Below are positions 17,859 through 26,535 of a stretch of DNA of 32,784 nucleotides, in pieces. Within the stretch, counting starts at the first letter, position 1. Each line of letters starts with the position of its first letter. The position numbers and the translations under genes were made by a program. Below the pieces are notes generated by a model. That model ran no database searches and was not told where the DNA came from. It saw only the letters and a program-made list of their open reading frames with translations. The stretch is from Nitratiruptor sp. (GTDB taxonomy: Bacteria > Campylobacterota > Campylobacteria > Campylobacterales > Nitratiruptoraceae), in contig WGBB01000029.1 in NCBI GenBank assembly GCA_015494505.1, forward strand, positions 1-32,784, read 5' to 3'.

Positions 17859-18539
17859 TCAAAATGGCCAGATTTCCATCAGTACACGCGCCAGCCACCC
17901 CGGACGCTGGGTGGTGCGCATAAAACCTTTGCCGTTGTACTCTACGTACATGTCCGCCACTTTCGCTGAATCGATGGTGTTGTCGGGATTGACGTAGGCC
18001 GGATTGACGATGCCTGAAATCTTGATAAATTGCGTATCGTCGTTGATACGGATATATTTGCGCCCTACGATGTAGAGATTGCCGTTGGGATAGACCTTCA
18101 CCACGCGTGCCGTAATTTTTGCAAATAGCTTGGCACTGCGATTGGTACCGCCTTTGCCTTGAAAACTGTTGCCCGATTTTTGGTCCAACCCCAAAAGGGT
18201 GGTCTTGTTAGGCACCTTTTTATCCATGACAGTGGGCGCCGGGATAGAGAGATTCATGCTGTTGGTGCGTGAACTCTTGGTGTTTGTGGTGCCTGCACCC
18301 TTGACGTTTTCGTTGACGATGATAGTGATGATATCGCCCACGTTATAGGCTTTGGCATCGCTAAAGAGATTATCATAGCCGTTGTAGAGCGAGCCTGGAT
18401 TGCGGTAGTGCGGCTCCTTTTGCTGCGCCGTTTCGTTGATATCGGGACGCACTATTGTAGGCTCTGGGCTTTTTGAGGCACAGCCGATAAAAAGCAGCAT
18501 CAACGATACTGCACTACACCATTTTGCAATACTTTGCAT
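17859..18539 (-). CDS. flgH: L-ring lipoprotein FlgH
   Basis: Lipobox LFIGC, LFSDAKAYNVGDIITI, PNGNL, C-terminal PGWLARVLMEIWPF. Confidence 0.96.
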   Translation of the reverse strand: MQSIAKWCSAVSLMLLFIGCASKSPEPTIVRPDINETAQQKEPHYRNPGSLYNGYDNLFSDAKAYNVGDIITIIVNENVKGAGTTNTKSSRTNSMNLSIPAPTVMDKKVPNKTTLLGLDQKSGNSFQGKGGTNRSAKLFAKITARVVKVYPNGNLYIVGRKYIRINDDTQFIKISGIVNPAYVNPDNTIDSAKVADMYVEYNGKGFMRTTQRPGWLARVLMEIWPF

Positions 18540-19426
18540 CGTAATACCTTGTTGGATGAGAGATTCTTGATGCGCACCGTGTCCCCTATGTTGCCGTTAT
18601 CGAGTGCCAGACCCAATAGTTCGATGTGAATCGCTCCTTTTTGGTAGATGATTTTGACGTTTTTGCGTTTTTTAACGGCGTAATCGGGAGTGACCATATA
18701 AGGCTTGATGACACTGCCGGCTTTGATAGAGGTGCGTGCGACGCTCCCAATTACGGTGGCGGGAAGTTCACGCTTTTGGGCAGAGTTCGTCAGGCGTCTT
18801 TTTTCGTACGTTACGCTATCAGGGGTGATGATGGAGCCTCTGGGGATATCTCGCACGGCTACGGGAAGTTTGGCATAGCGCTCCACTACTACGCTTGCTC
18901 GCTTGAGCAATCTCTTATTATCGGAAGTAAGAACGATTTTTAAATAGATATGGCTAAAAGATTCGCTACTTGGCTCTATATGGATACGATATCCTTGGAG
19001 CGGTTTGGAAGAATCGATCGCGATGCGCTTGATGCGTATATCTTTGTAATGGCTTTTGATATAGCCGCGAACAAGGTTTTCGAGCCTCTCTTTAGTGATG
19101 GGCTCATTGGAAAGAATACTCACCCTTTCGCCCACAAAACGGATACGCTTGGGATCGATCAGAGAGTTTCGCAAAATTTCGGCTATCTCTCCTTTTGTAA
19201 GAACGCCGTCGGCCGTGTACACTGAAGGTATCGCAAGCGACCCAAGATATGCCGTCACTTTGGGATCGTCGCTTTTGATAGCGGCCACTTGGGCTAGGTG
19301 TAGGCCTTCACCAGCTTGCACACTTCTTTTGAGCACGAGCTTTGTATCGGCCATAAGTGCTCCAAGCATGAGCAGCATCAGCACGATTTTACGACTTAAG
19401 ATTCGCAACGGTTCGCAGCATCTCAT
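18500..19426 (-). CDS. flgA: P-ring chaperone FlgA
   Basis: SAF domain PVAVRDIPRGSII and C-terminal GLALDNGNIGDTVRIKNLSSNKV; between flgG and flgH. The true start may be TTG at 19408, which gives a cleaner signal peptide. Confidence 0.88.
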   Translation of the reverse strand: MRCCEPLRILSRKIVLMLLMLGALMADTKLVLKRSVQAGEGLHLAQVAAIKSDDPKVTAYLGSLAIPSVYTADGVLTKGEIAEILRNSLIDPKRIRFVGERVSILSNEPITKERLENLVRGYIKSHYKDIRIKRIAIDSSKPLQGYRIHIEPSSESFSHIYLKIVLTSDNKRLLKRASVVVERYAKLPVAVRDIPRGSIITPDSVTYEKRRLTNSAQKRELPATVIGSVARTSIKAGSVIKPYMVTPDYAVKKRKNVKIIYQKGAIHIELLGLALDNGNIGDTVRIKNLSSNKVLRCKVLQNGVVQYR

Positions 19427-20189
19427 CGGCTGTGGTTATTCCTTTCGAGTTCATTTCATAGGCTCGCTGGGCTACGATGAGATTGACCATCTCTTCGACG
19501 ATATTGACGTTGGACATCTCTAAAAACCCTTGTGCCAATTTGCCGAATCCATCGGTATTGGGGTCACCCTCCACCGCTTCGCCTGAAGCTTCCGTCTGCA
19601 CGAAGAGGTTTTGGCCGATGGCTTTGAGGCCTGAAGGATTGATGAAGCGATAGAGCTTGATATCTCCTAGCTCCTCTACAGTCTGCTCGCCCCCCTCATT
19701 GCGCACCACCGTCACTTTGCCGCTGGGGCTGATGGAGATGCTCACGAGGGTTTCGGGAGAGTTGATTTGAATATTGGGCACCAGTTTGTATCCTTCGGGG
19801 GTCACTATGTAGCCTTCAGGGTCTATCTGGAAATTTCCTGCACGCGTGTAGGACTCGCCGCCGTCTGGCAGCTCTATTTTGAAAAATCCTCTCCCCTCTA
19901 TCGCCACATCCAGGTCGCGCTTGGTGGTTTTGATGCTTCCTTGGGTGAAGACTTTGCTCACATCACTCACCTTCACGCCCAACCCTATCTGGATGCCGCT
20001 GGGCACGCGATTGCCGTCTGCGCTCACCACGCCTGGGTCTTTGACGTTTTGATAGATAAGGTCTTCGAAGTTGGCGCGCGACTCTTTAAATCCCACGGTA
20101 TTGACGTTGGCGATGTTGTGAGAGACCACGTCGAGATTGGTCTGCTGTGCGCTCATTCCCGAAGCAGATGTCCATAGTGCCCTAATCAT
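19389..20189 (-). CDS. flgG: Distal rod protein FlgG
   Basis: MIRALWTSASGM, NIANVNTVGFK, FEDLIYQ, GIQIGLGV, QGFLEMSNVNIVEEMV. Confidence 0.97.
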   Translation of the reverse strand: MIRALWTSASGMSAQQTNLDVVSHNIANVNTVGFKESRANFEDLIYQNVKDPGVVSADGNRVPSGIQIGLGVKVSDVSKVFTQGSIKTTKRDLDVAIEGRGFFKIELPDGGESYTRAGNFQIDPEGYIVTPEGYKLVPNIQINSPETLVSISISPSGKVTVVRNEGGEQTVEELGDIKLYRFINPSGLKAIGQNLFVQTEASGEAVEGDPNTDGFGKLAQGFLEMSNVNIVEEMVNLIVAQRAYEMNSKGITTADEMLRTVANLKS

Positions 20190-20199
20190 TCATATCTCC

Positions 20200-20916
20200 T
20201 TAGGCTTTGCCGATTTCGTTGGTTTTGCTGTTTATCTGGTCGATGCTTTTAATGAGATTACCGTATATTTCGAATTTTCTCTGCGCATCGATGAGTGCCG
20301 TCATCTCTAAGATAGGATTGACGTTTGCCATCTCCAAAAATCCTTGATGCACCTTGGCTTGTAGCTGTTTGGCTTCGCCTTTGGCGCGGTAATAGGTATC
20401 TCCCACCGCTTCCACGTCGCTAGGAGCTTGCAGCTTGAGCCTTGCTACCTCCTCGCCCTCTTGGAGGATTTTGCCGTCGGGAGCCACCACGAAAGGCTTG
20501 GCCGGATCGAGGATGATGGGCTTATCCTGTGCGCTCAAAACTGCGTTGCCGTTGCGATCGAGCAGCTTTCCGTCGGTATCCATAAAGAAGTGGCCGCTTC
20601 TAGTTAACATCTGTTCATCACCCTTTTGGACCACGAAAAACGCGTTGCCTTCGATAGCCATGTCGAGAGGTCGGTGCGTCTCTTTGAGTTGGCCTTGCGA
20701 CAGATCAAGCATAGAGCGCTCAAATCTGGGAAACACGAAAAGATGATTTGCATCGCCGCCGTTATCATCTAGGCGCTGGCTCATCTCCTTGATGACCATC
20801 TTTTTAAATCCGTCGGTGTTGACGTTGGCGAGATTGTTGGAAGTGGTATCGAGCTGCTCCATAGCGCGTGAACCGCCGCTAGCCAGTATATATATGGATT
20901 GCATATCAAGAGCCAT
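20200..20916 (-). CDS. flgF: Proximal rod protein FlgF
   Basis: NNLANVNTDGFK, PLDMAIEG, TRSGHF, QGFLEMANVN; immediately upstream of flgG. Confidence 0.88.
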   Translation of the reverse strand: MALDMQSIYILASGGSRAMEQLDTTSNNLANVNTDGFKKMVIKEMSQRLDDNGGDANHLFVFPRFERSMLDLSQGQLKETHRPLDMAIEGNAFFVVQKGDEQMLTRSGHFFMDTDGKLLDRNGNAVLSAQDKPIILDPAKPFVVAPDGKILQEGEEVARLKLQAPSDVEAVGDTYYRAKGEAKQLQAKVHQGFLEMANVNPILEMTALIDAQRKFEIYGNLIKSIDQINSKTNEIGKA

Positions 20917-20923
20917 GGTCCCC

Positions 20924-21418
20924 TCACATATCTAAAATTTTGAGTCTATCTTCGGGCGTGATGATATGGGTGATGCGTATCCCGAAGTTGTTTTTTACGG
21001 TATAGAGCTCGCCTTTGGCTATGGTCTTGCCGTTGACTTTGAGATCGATCGGCTCATTGATGTAGCGATCAAGCTCGATGACGCTGTTTGGATTGAGCTT
21101 GAGAATATCCTCGATGGGCATCTGCGTCGAGCCCACTTCGATGGTCACCTCCAACGGGATATCTAGAAGCATAGAGAGTTTGCCGTTTTCGCTCTTTTCG
21201 TGCTGGGCAAACTCCGCACCGCTATCATCTTCTGCACCGTAGCTCTCTTGGGCGAACTGCCTCGCCATCAGCTCATCGGGACTCAGCTCCTCTTCGCCGG
21301 CCGTATCCACTTGCGCTTCTTCGGCAGCTGCATTCTCCTCACCCTCTTCACCTGCAAGGTCGCCGAACTGCTGCGCCATCAATTCATCGGGACTGAGCTC
21401 TTTGTTCTCTTCACTCAT
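20924..21418 (-). CDS. fliN: Second FliN/FliY-type C-ring protein (acidic N-terminus plus SPOA domain)
   Basis: C-terminal LLDIPLEVTIEVG...IELDR...KGEL...FGIRIT; downstream of fliM; no CheC-like domain. Confidence 0.85.
   Translation of the reverse strand: MSEENKELSPDELMAQQFGDLAGEEGEENAAAEEAQVDTAGEEELSPDELMARQFAQESYGAEDDSGAEFAQHEKSENGKLSMLLDIPLEVTIEVGSTQMPIEDILKLNPNSVIELDRYINEPIDLKVNGKTIAKGELYTVKNNFGIRITHIITPEDRLKILDM
21254..21400 (-). repeat. Intragenic direct repeat (2 x 36 bp) encoding ELSPDELMA(Q/R)QF
   Basis: Copies at 21365-21400 and 21254-21289 encode 12-aa motifs identical at 11 of 12 residues, with synonymous DNA differences. Confidence 0.9.
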
Positions 21419-22376
21419 CTTCTTCCTTTTGCACCTCTTGTTGCAGGAGCGCGGCGTAGCGATCGCGCACCTTACCGAGGCGGCAGATAAATTTCTCTTT
21501 GTCCTCTACGATCAGCTTGACGGGATCTTCCTTGCTCACATCGAGCATGATCTCGCTGCCCACTTCCCACTCCAAAACCTCTTTCATAAAAAAGGTCTTT
21601 TTGGTAAGCTCCAGCGCTACGCGCACGTCGGTCTCGAGCACCAGCTCATTGAGTTTTTCTTTCCAGACCTCGTCCACTTCCCCGCTAAATTCGCTATAAA
21701 TCACATCCTTGATGGGCAAGAACATCCCCTGTGGGAAGCAAAAGTAAATGGGGGCTTCGAAACCGTCGATATCGATGACACACTCCGAAATGATCACCTT
21801 TTCGTTGCCCGAAGTTATCTTGGCCAAAGCGGGATTGAGCTCGGTGGCCTTCTTTTCGACTTGTACGGGATAGACCTGGGAAAAGGTGGTCTGCAAGGTC
21901 GCAAGTGCCAGGTCGATAAAATCTTTGATGATATAGGTTTCGAGTTTCGTAAATTCACGCCCCTCCACTTTAAAAGGCTTGGCGGGACCGCCGAACATCA
22001 CGCTGATGATGGTAAAGACCAGACGCGAATCCACCACCAAAAGCGCCGTATCTTTGAGAGGTTTCATGGTAAATGTGGTGTAGCTTGAAGGCATAGGGAT
22101 TTTAAACATGAAGGAGTTGAAACGCGTAACGTAGATGCTTTCTTTGGAGACCATGTTGATTTTTGGCAAAATTTTTCGGATATCGTCCCTGAAGGCTTTG
22201 ACCCATCGTTCATATATAAGATCGAGACCGGGCAGTCCACCCTTTTTGATGCTTTCTAGCTCGCTGAAATCGAAAGGACGAACGTCGGAAACTTCCTCTT
22301 CTTCGCCACTTTCTACGTCGCCTCCGCCGAGCAGTGCATCGATCTCTTCTTGGGAGAGGAACTCTTGATCGGACAT
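21411..22376 (-). CDS. fliM: Motor switch protein FliM
   Basis: N-terminal LSQEEIDALL CheY-binding motif, MFGG, REFTKLE, C-terminal SPOA domain. Confidence 0.96.
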   Translation of the reverse strand: MSDQEFLSQEEIDALLGGGDVESGEEEEVSDVRPFDFSELESIKKGGLPGLDLIYERWVKAFRDDIRKILPKINMVSKESIYVTRFNSFMFKIPMPSSYTTFTMKPLKDTALLVVDSRLVFTIISVMFGGPAKPFKVEGREFTKLETYIIKDFIDLALATLQTTFSQVYPVQVEKKATELNPALAKITSGNEKVIISECVIDIDGFEAPIYFCFPQGMFLPIKDVIYSEFSGEVDEVWKEKLNELVLETDVRVALELTKKTFFMKEVLEWEVGSEIMLDVSKEDPVKLIVEDKEKFICRLGKVRDRYAALLQQEVQKEEDE

Positions 22377-22409
22377 GGATCAGCCTTCAAAAAATTAACA
22401 TTTGTTCTT

Positions 22410-22438
22410 ATTATAATGAAAAAGCAGGGGCAATGCAA
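22410..22438 (-). promoter_or_regulatory. Sigma70-type promoter upstream of fliM
   Basis: Minus strand TTGCAT-N17-TATAAT, about 33 nt upstream of the fliM ATG. Confidence 0.65.
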
Positions 22439-22502
22439 TAATTTAAGGGATTTTTTTGCAAAAATCTAACGTTCACACGAAAGCTGTTACAAAGAGGCAG
22501 AA

Positions 22503-23528
22503 TCAGAGGTATTCCTCGCCCGAGCCAAAGTCGATGACGCCCTTGTTGATGAGATTTTTGACCTCTTCGATGACCTTTTTCTGGGCCTTTTCCACATCGC
22601 TCTTTTTCACTGGACCCAGCACCTCCATATCTTCGAGGAACATCTCCGCGGCACGTTTGGACATATTGGAAAGAAACTTGTCGAGAATCTCTTGCGGAGC
22701 GCCCTTGAGAGCCAGCATAAGGTCGTTTTTGTCCACGTTTTTGAGGATCTCGATGATTGCACGGTTGTCCAGTTTGACGAGATCTTCGAACTTGAACATC
22801 CGTTCTTCTATGTTTTCTGCCAGAATCTCATCCTCTTTGCGCACATCTTCGAGAAGTTCCACCTGCATATCTTTGGGCAATGCATTGACGATCTCGGCGG
22901 CCACGTCGATACCGCTGAGGCTCTCTTCGTTGCCCGCTCCTATGGTGAGCAGCTCCTCTTCGAGGGTATTGGCCACGATCTTGAGTGTCTGTGAGGAGAT
23001 CTTTTCGATGGAGGCGATACGTTTTATCACCTCTTCGCGGACGTTGGTGACACCCACGCGTTTAGGGATATACTGCAAGATTTCGGCCGCTTTACCCGGT
23101 TTGATCTGTGACAGGATGAGGGCGATCACTTGGGGGTGCTCGTCTTTGATGATATTTGCCACTACCTTAGCATCGAGCTTCTCGAGCTCTTTGAAGATCT
23201 GCTTGCCCTCTTGTTCGTCAAATGTCTGATCCAAAAGCTTTTGGAGCACGTCTTGGGGCAGTGCCTTTTCGAGGATGCTCTTGAGATGGTCGGGAGCGAT
23301 TTTGAGCGGAGAGACGGTGCGCAGATACTCGTACGCGTCATCGAGCACCTGCTTGAGGGTCTCTTTCGTAGGCGGCTCGAGGGTGAGGATCGTCTTTATT
23401 AGCTTCTCGATTTCGTGCTCTTTGAGCCCTTTGAAGATCTTGACGGTCACCTCTTCGGGCAGAGACGATACCAAAATCGCCGCTTTTTGGATGCCGCTGA
23501 GATTGCCGCCGCTCTTTTGTTCCGCCAA
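22503..23528 (-). CDS. fliG: Motor switch/rotor protein FliG
   Basis: LSGIQKAAIL, EHPQVIALILS, MFKFEDL, ALKGA, NMSKRAA; TTG start with AAGG RBS. Confidence 0.97.
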   Translation of the reverse strand: MAEQKSGGNLSGIQKAAILVSSLPEEVTVKIFKGLKEHEIEKLIKTILTLEPPTKETLKQVLDDAYEYLRTVSPLKIAPDHLKSILEKALPQDVLQKLLDQTFDEQEGKQIFKELEKLDAKVVANIIKDEHPQVIALILSQIKPGKAAEILQYIPKRVGVTNVREEVIKRIASIEKISSQTLKIVANTLEEELLTIGAGNEESLSGIDVAAEIVNALPKDMQVELLEDVRKEDEILAENIEERMFKFEDLVKLDNRAIIEILKNVDKNDLMLALKGAPQEILDKFLSNMSKRAAEMFLEDMEVLGPVKKSDVEKAQKKVIEEVKNLINKGVIDFGSGEEYL

Positions 23529-23572
23529 ATCTCGCCTTTTGGATTAATTTATCTAATTTTATTATTTTTTGA

Positions 23573-23599
23573 TTAAAAATCAAATGAAACGACCGATAA
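23573..23599 (+). promoter_or_regulatory. Sigma28 (FliA)-type promoter for the che operon
   Basis: TTAA-N15-ACCGATAA (consensus TAAA-N15-GCCGATAA), 30 nt upstream of the cheZ ATG. Confidence 0.6.
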
Positions 23600-23629
23600 T
23601 GTCATAAACCACCCAAAAAGGGCTTCCCT

Positions 23630-23977
23630 ATGGCAACGAAGAGCCTGAACAACGAACACTTGGCTATCGCACACAACCATCTCGAGCTCAGCGCCCAAGA
23701 GCTTGGAGCTTGTGCAGATACGCTCTACGAAACGCTCACGGACTTGGAAGAAGCGCTCCAAAACATAGAACTCAAAGAGAGAGTGCTCCATGCTCTCGCA
23801 GCGCTACAGATGCAAGATATCATCACCCAGCGCCTCCGTAAAGTACAAGATTTTCTCACGCTGCTCGACAAAGAGGTCACACTCCCTGCGGACGAAGCAT
23901 ATCTCGAAGAGTTCGCATGGGAAAACGAAGTAAACCAAGATGATATCGACGCCATGTTTAGCGAATATAAAGGATAG
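23630..23977 (+). CDS. cheZ: Short CheZ-family CheY-P phosphatase
   Basis: Catalytic LQMQDIITQRL (DxxxQ) and C-terminal VNQDDIDAMF CheY-binding peptide; first gene before cheA. Confidence 0.85.
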   Translation: MATKSLNNEHLAIAHNHLELSAQELGACADTLYETLTDLEEALQNIELKERVLHALAALQMQDIITQRLRKVQDFLTLLDKEVTLPADEAYLEEFAWENEVNQDDIDAMFSEYKG

Positions 23978-23980
23978 TCC

Positions 23981-26014
23981 ATGCATATAAACGTCACCGA
24001 AGATATGCAAGAGATTTTAGACGAGTTCATCCAAGAAGCCGAGGAGATTCTCGAAAACCTCGACCAGGAACTCATAGAGCTCGAAAACGACCCTACCGAC
24101 AAGGACCTGCTGAACCAGATTTTTCGCGGAATGCACACTCTCAAAGGGGGTGCAGGGTTTTTGGGGCTTGAAAGCATCATCAATCTCGCCCACGTGATAG
24201 AAAGCATCTTCGATAAACTGCGCAACGACGAGATGCAGCTCGATTCGAACAAGATGGATATCATACTCGAAGGTATCGATATTATCAAAAACTCTATCGA
24301 AACTCTCAAATCCTCCAACGAAATCCCCGATATGGAAGATATCGCCGATATCATGGCCAAGCTCAACGATCTTTTGGAGGGCAAAGAGGTCGCCTCGACT
24401 TCACAAGACTCCGCTTCCGAGGCTACCGATATGCAAGATGGCTCAGACGAAGGAGCGGCAGATTCGCAAGTAGAAGATAGCCAAAACGATGATGAGTATG
24501 AAATCGTTTTTCATGAAGATGTGGACCCGGCCGTCCAAAATCTCATCCGCCAATATCCCGACAAAAACATCACCGAAATCCTCGACGAGCTGATCCTATT
24601 GCCGCCTGAAGAGCGGGATATGGATCTGATCATGAAACTGGATGAGCTCATAGCACAGAACAAAGACGTAGAGGACCTTATCAAAGAAAAACGCAAAAAA
24701 GAGCCTGCTCCCGCACCCCAAACACAACAGGCTCCCGCTCCAAAAGAGGAGCCGCAACAACCCCAACCCAAACTCGAGACCAAAAAAGAGTCCAAACCTG
24801 CTGCTAAAAAGAAAAAAGAGGAGACCGAAACAATCCGTATCGATATCGATCGCGTCAGCACCCTTATGAATCTAGTGGGCGAACTGGTACTCGATCGCAA
24901 CCGCATCGTCAAGCTCACCTCACGCTTTCGCACCAATTCCGGTGATATCGAAGCGATAGAAGAGCTCAACGAAGCGATAGCCGGCATGAGCCGCTCCGTC
25001 TCTGACCTCCAAGAGGTGGTGATGAAGCTGCGCATGCAGCCTGTGAAACGCATCTTCAGCAAATTCCCACGCATCGTGCGCGATCTAGCCAAAAAAGTTG
25101 GCAAAAAGATCAATCTCGAACTCGAAGGCGAGGATACCGAAATCGATCGCAGCATCCTCAACCAGCTAGAAGATCCCCTCATCCACCTGGTACGCAACTC
25201 CATCGATCACGGTATCGAACCCCCCGAAGAGCGCATCGCCAAAGGCAAGCCGGAAGCCGGTACTATCGTACTTTCCGCTCTCCAAGAGGGTGATCGCATT
25301 ATAGTCAGCATAGAAGACGACGGACGCGGGATAGATGCCGAAAAGGTCAAGCGAAAAGCGATAGAGCGTGGTCTCATCAAACCTGAACAAGCCGAACAGA
25401 TGAGCGACAAGGAAGCCTATGAGCTCATCTTCTTGCCGGGATTTTCCACAGTCGATCAAGTAAGCGACCTTAGCGGCCGCGGTGTAGGCATGGACGTGGT
25501 GGCCAACGTCATCCACTCCCTGCGTGGCGCCATCGAGATCGACAGCGAACCCGGCGAAGGAACCAAAATCACTATGAAACTTCCACTCACCGTGGCCATC
25601 ATCCGCACCCTCATGGTAGGCGTGGGAGATCGGATCTTCGCCATTCCACTCTTTAGCGTGGTAGAGATTATCAAATATCGCCCCGAGGACATCAAGGATG
25701 TAGGCATCTACAAATCCTTGATGCTGCGCGACGAGGTCTATCTCTTTTTCCATTTGAACGAACTCTTCGACATGGAAGGCAGCAACGAAAATAAATTTGT
25801 CATCATCATCAACATCGGAGAGAAAAATATCGCCGTGGCGGTGGATGACCTGTATGGCGAGGAGGAGATCGTCATCAAACCGCTGGGAGAGATGCTCAAA
25901 GATGTGGAGGGAATCGCCGGAGCTACTATCACGGGCGACGGCAAGGTGGTGCTGATTCTCGATATCAAATCCCTCATCAATGACAAACGCAACGATCTCA
26001 TAGGAGTCATCTAA
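23981..26014 (+). CDS. cheA: Chemotaxis histidine kinase CheA
   Basis: HPt FRGMHTLKGGAG, dimerisation LMNLVGELV, HLVRNSIDHGIE, DDGRG, GFST, GRGVGMDVV, C-terminal CheW-like P5 domain. Confidence 0.97.
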   Translation: MHINVTEDMQEILDEFIQEAEEILENLDQELIELENDPTDKDLLNQIFRGMHTLKGGAGFLGLESIINLAHVIESIFDKLRNDEMQLDSNKMDIILEGIDIIKNSIETLKSSNEIPDMEDIADIMAKLNDLLEGKEVASTSQDSASEATDMQDGSDEGAADSQVEDSQNDDEYEIVFHEDVDPAVQNLIRQYPDKNITEILDELILLPPEERDMDLIMKLDELIAQNKDVEDLIKEKRKKEPAPAPQTQQAPAPKEEPQQPQPKLETKKESKPAAKKKKEETETIRIDIDRVSTLMNLVGELVLDRNRIVKLTSRFRTNSGDIEAIEELNEAIAGMSRSVSDLQEVVMKLRMQPVKRIFSKFPRIVRDLAKKVGKKINLELEGEDTEIDRSILNQLEDPLIHLVRNSIDHGIEPPEERIAKGKPEAGTIVLSALQEGDRIIVSIEDDGRGIDAEKVKRKAIERGLIKPEQAEQMSDKEAYELIFLPGFSTVDQVSDLSGRGVGMDVVANVIHSLRGAIEIDSEPGEGTKITMKLPLTVAIIRTLMVGVGDRIFAIPLFSVVEIIKYRPEDIKDVGIYKSLMLRDEVYLFFHLNELFDMEGSNENKFVIIINIGEKNIAVAVDDLYGEEEIVIKPLGEMLKDVEGIAGATITGDGKVVLILDIKSLINDKRNDLIGVI

Positions 26015-26535
26015 TGAAAGAGATGGAAGTACTGGGGCTGAGTGAAGCTCTCGAAGAGAATATCAAAGAGGAAAAGCGCGTTATCGCCTTTTTGCTCAAC
26101 GAGGAGCTCATCGGCATCAACATAAAAAACATCATCAAAATCACAAAAAAGCTCGACATTACGCCCGTGCCTAAAACTCCCGAATATATCATGGGCGTCA
26201 TGAATCTTAGGGGCAATATCGTCCCCGTGGTCAACATCAAAAAGATGCTGGGTCTGCCCAACGCAGACAATATAGATGAACAGGAGTTCATACTCATCAT
26301 CGACACGCAGCTGGGCAATGTCGGCCTCATGATAGACAAGGTGGTGGGAGCCATCACGATAGAGGACGAAGAGATATTGCCCGCTCCCATCAACTCCATC
26401 GGAATTGATTCCCAATATATCACGGGCGTTATCGTCACCGACGAAGAGATAGGCAACAAAAGTCTGCTGATTCTCCTCGATATCGACAAGCTCTTTTATA
26501 AAAACGAGGAAGAAGCGGAAGCGAGGGCATCATGA
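26014..26535 (+). CDS. cheW: Coupling protein CheW
   Basis: ITPVPKTPEYIMGVMNLRGNIVPVV. Confidence 0.95.
   Translation: MKEMEVLGLSEALEENIKEEKRVIAFLLNEELIGINIKNIIKITKKLDITPVPKTPEYIMGVMNLRGNIVPVVNIKKMLGLPNADNIDEQEFILIIDTQLGNVGLMIDKVVGAITIEDEEILPAPINSIGIDSQYITGVIVTDEEIGNKSLLILLDIDKLFYKNEEEAEARAS

Noticed and set aside
22456-23229. 257-aa plus-strand Ser-rich ORF
   Set aside because: Antisense shadow of fliG; the Ser/Phe bias is typical of reverse-read Glu/Lys codons.
23725-25753. Several 190-230-aa minus-strand ORFs
   Set aside because: Antisense shadows of cheZ and cheA.
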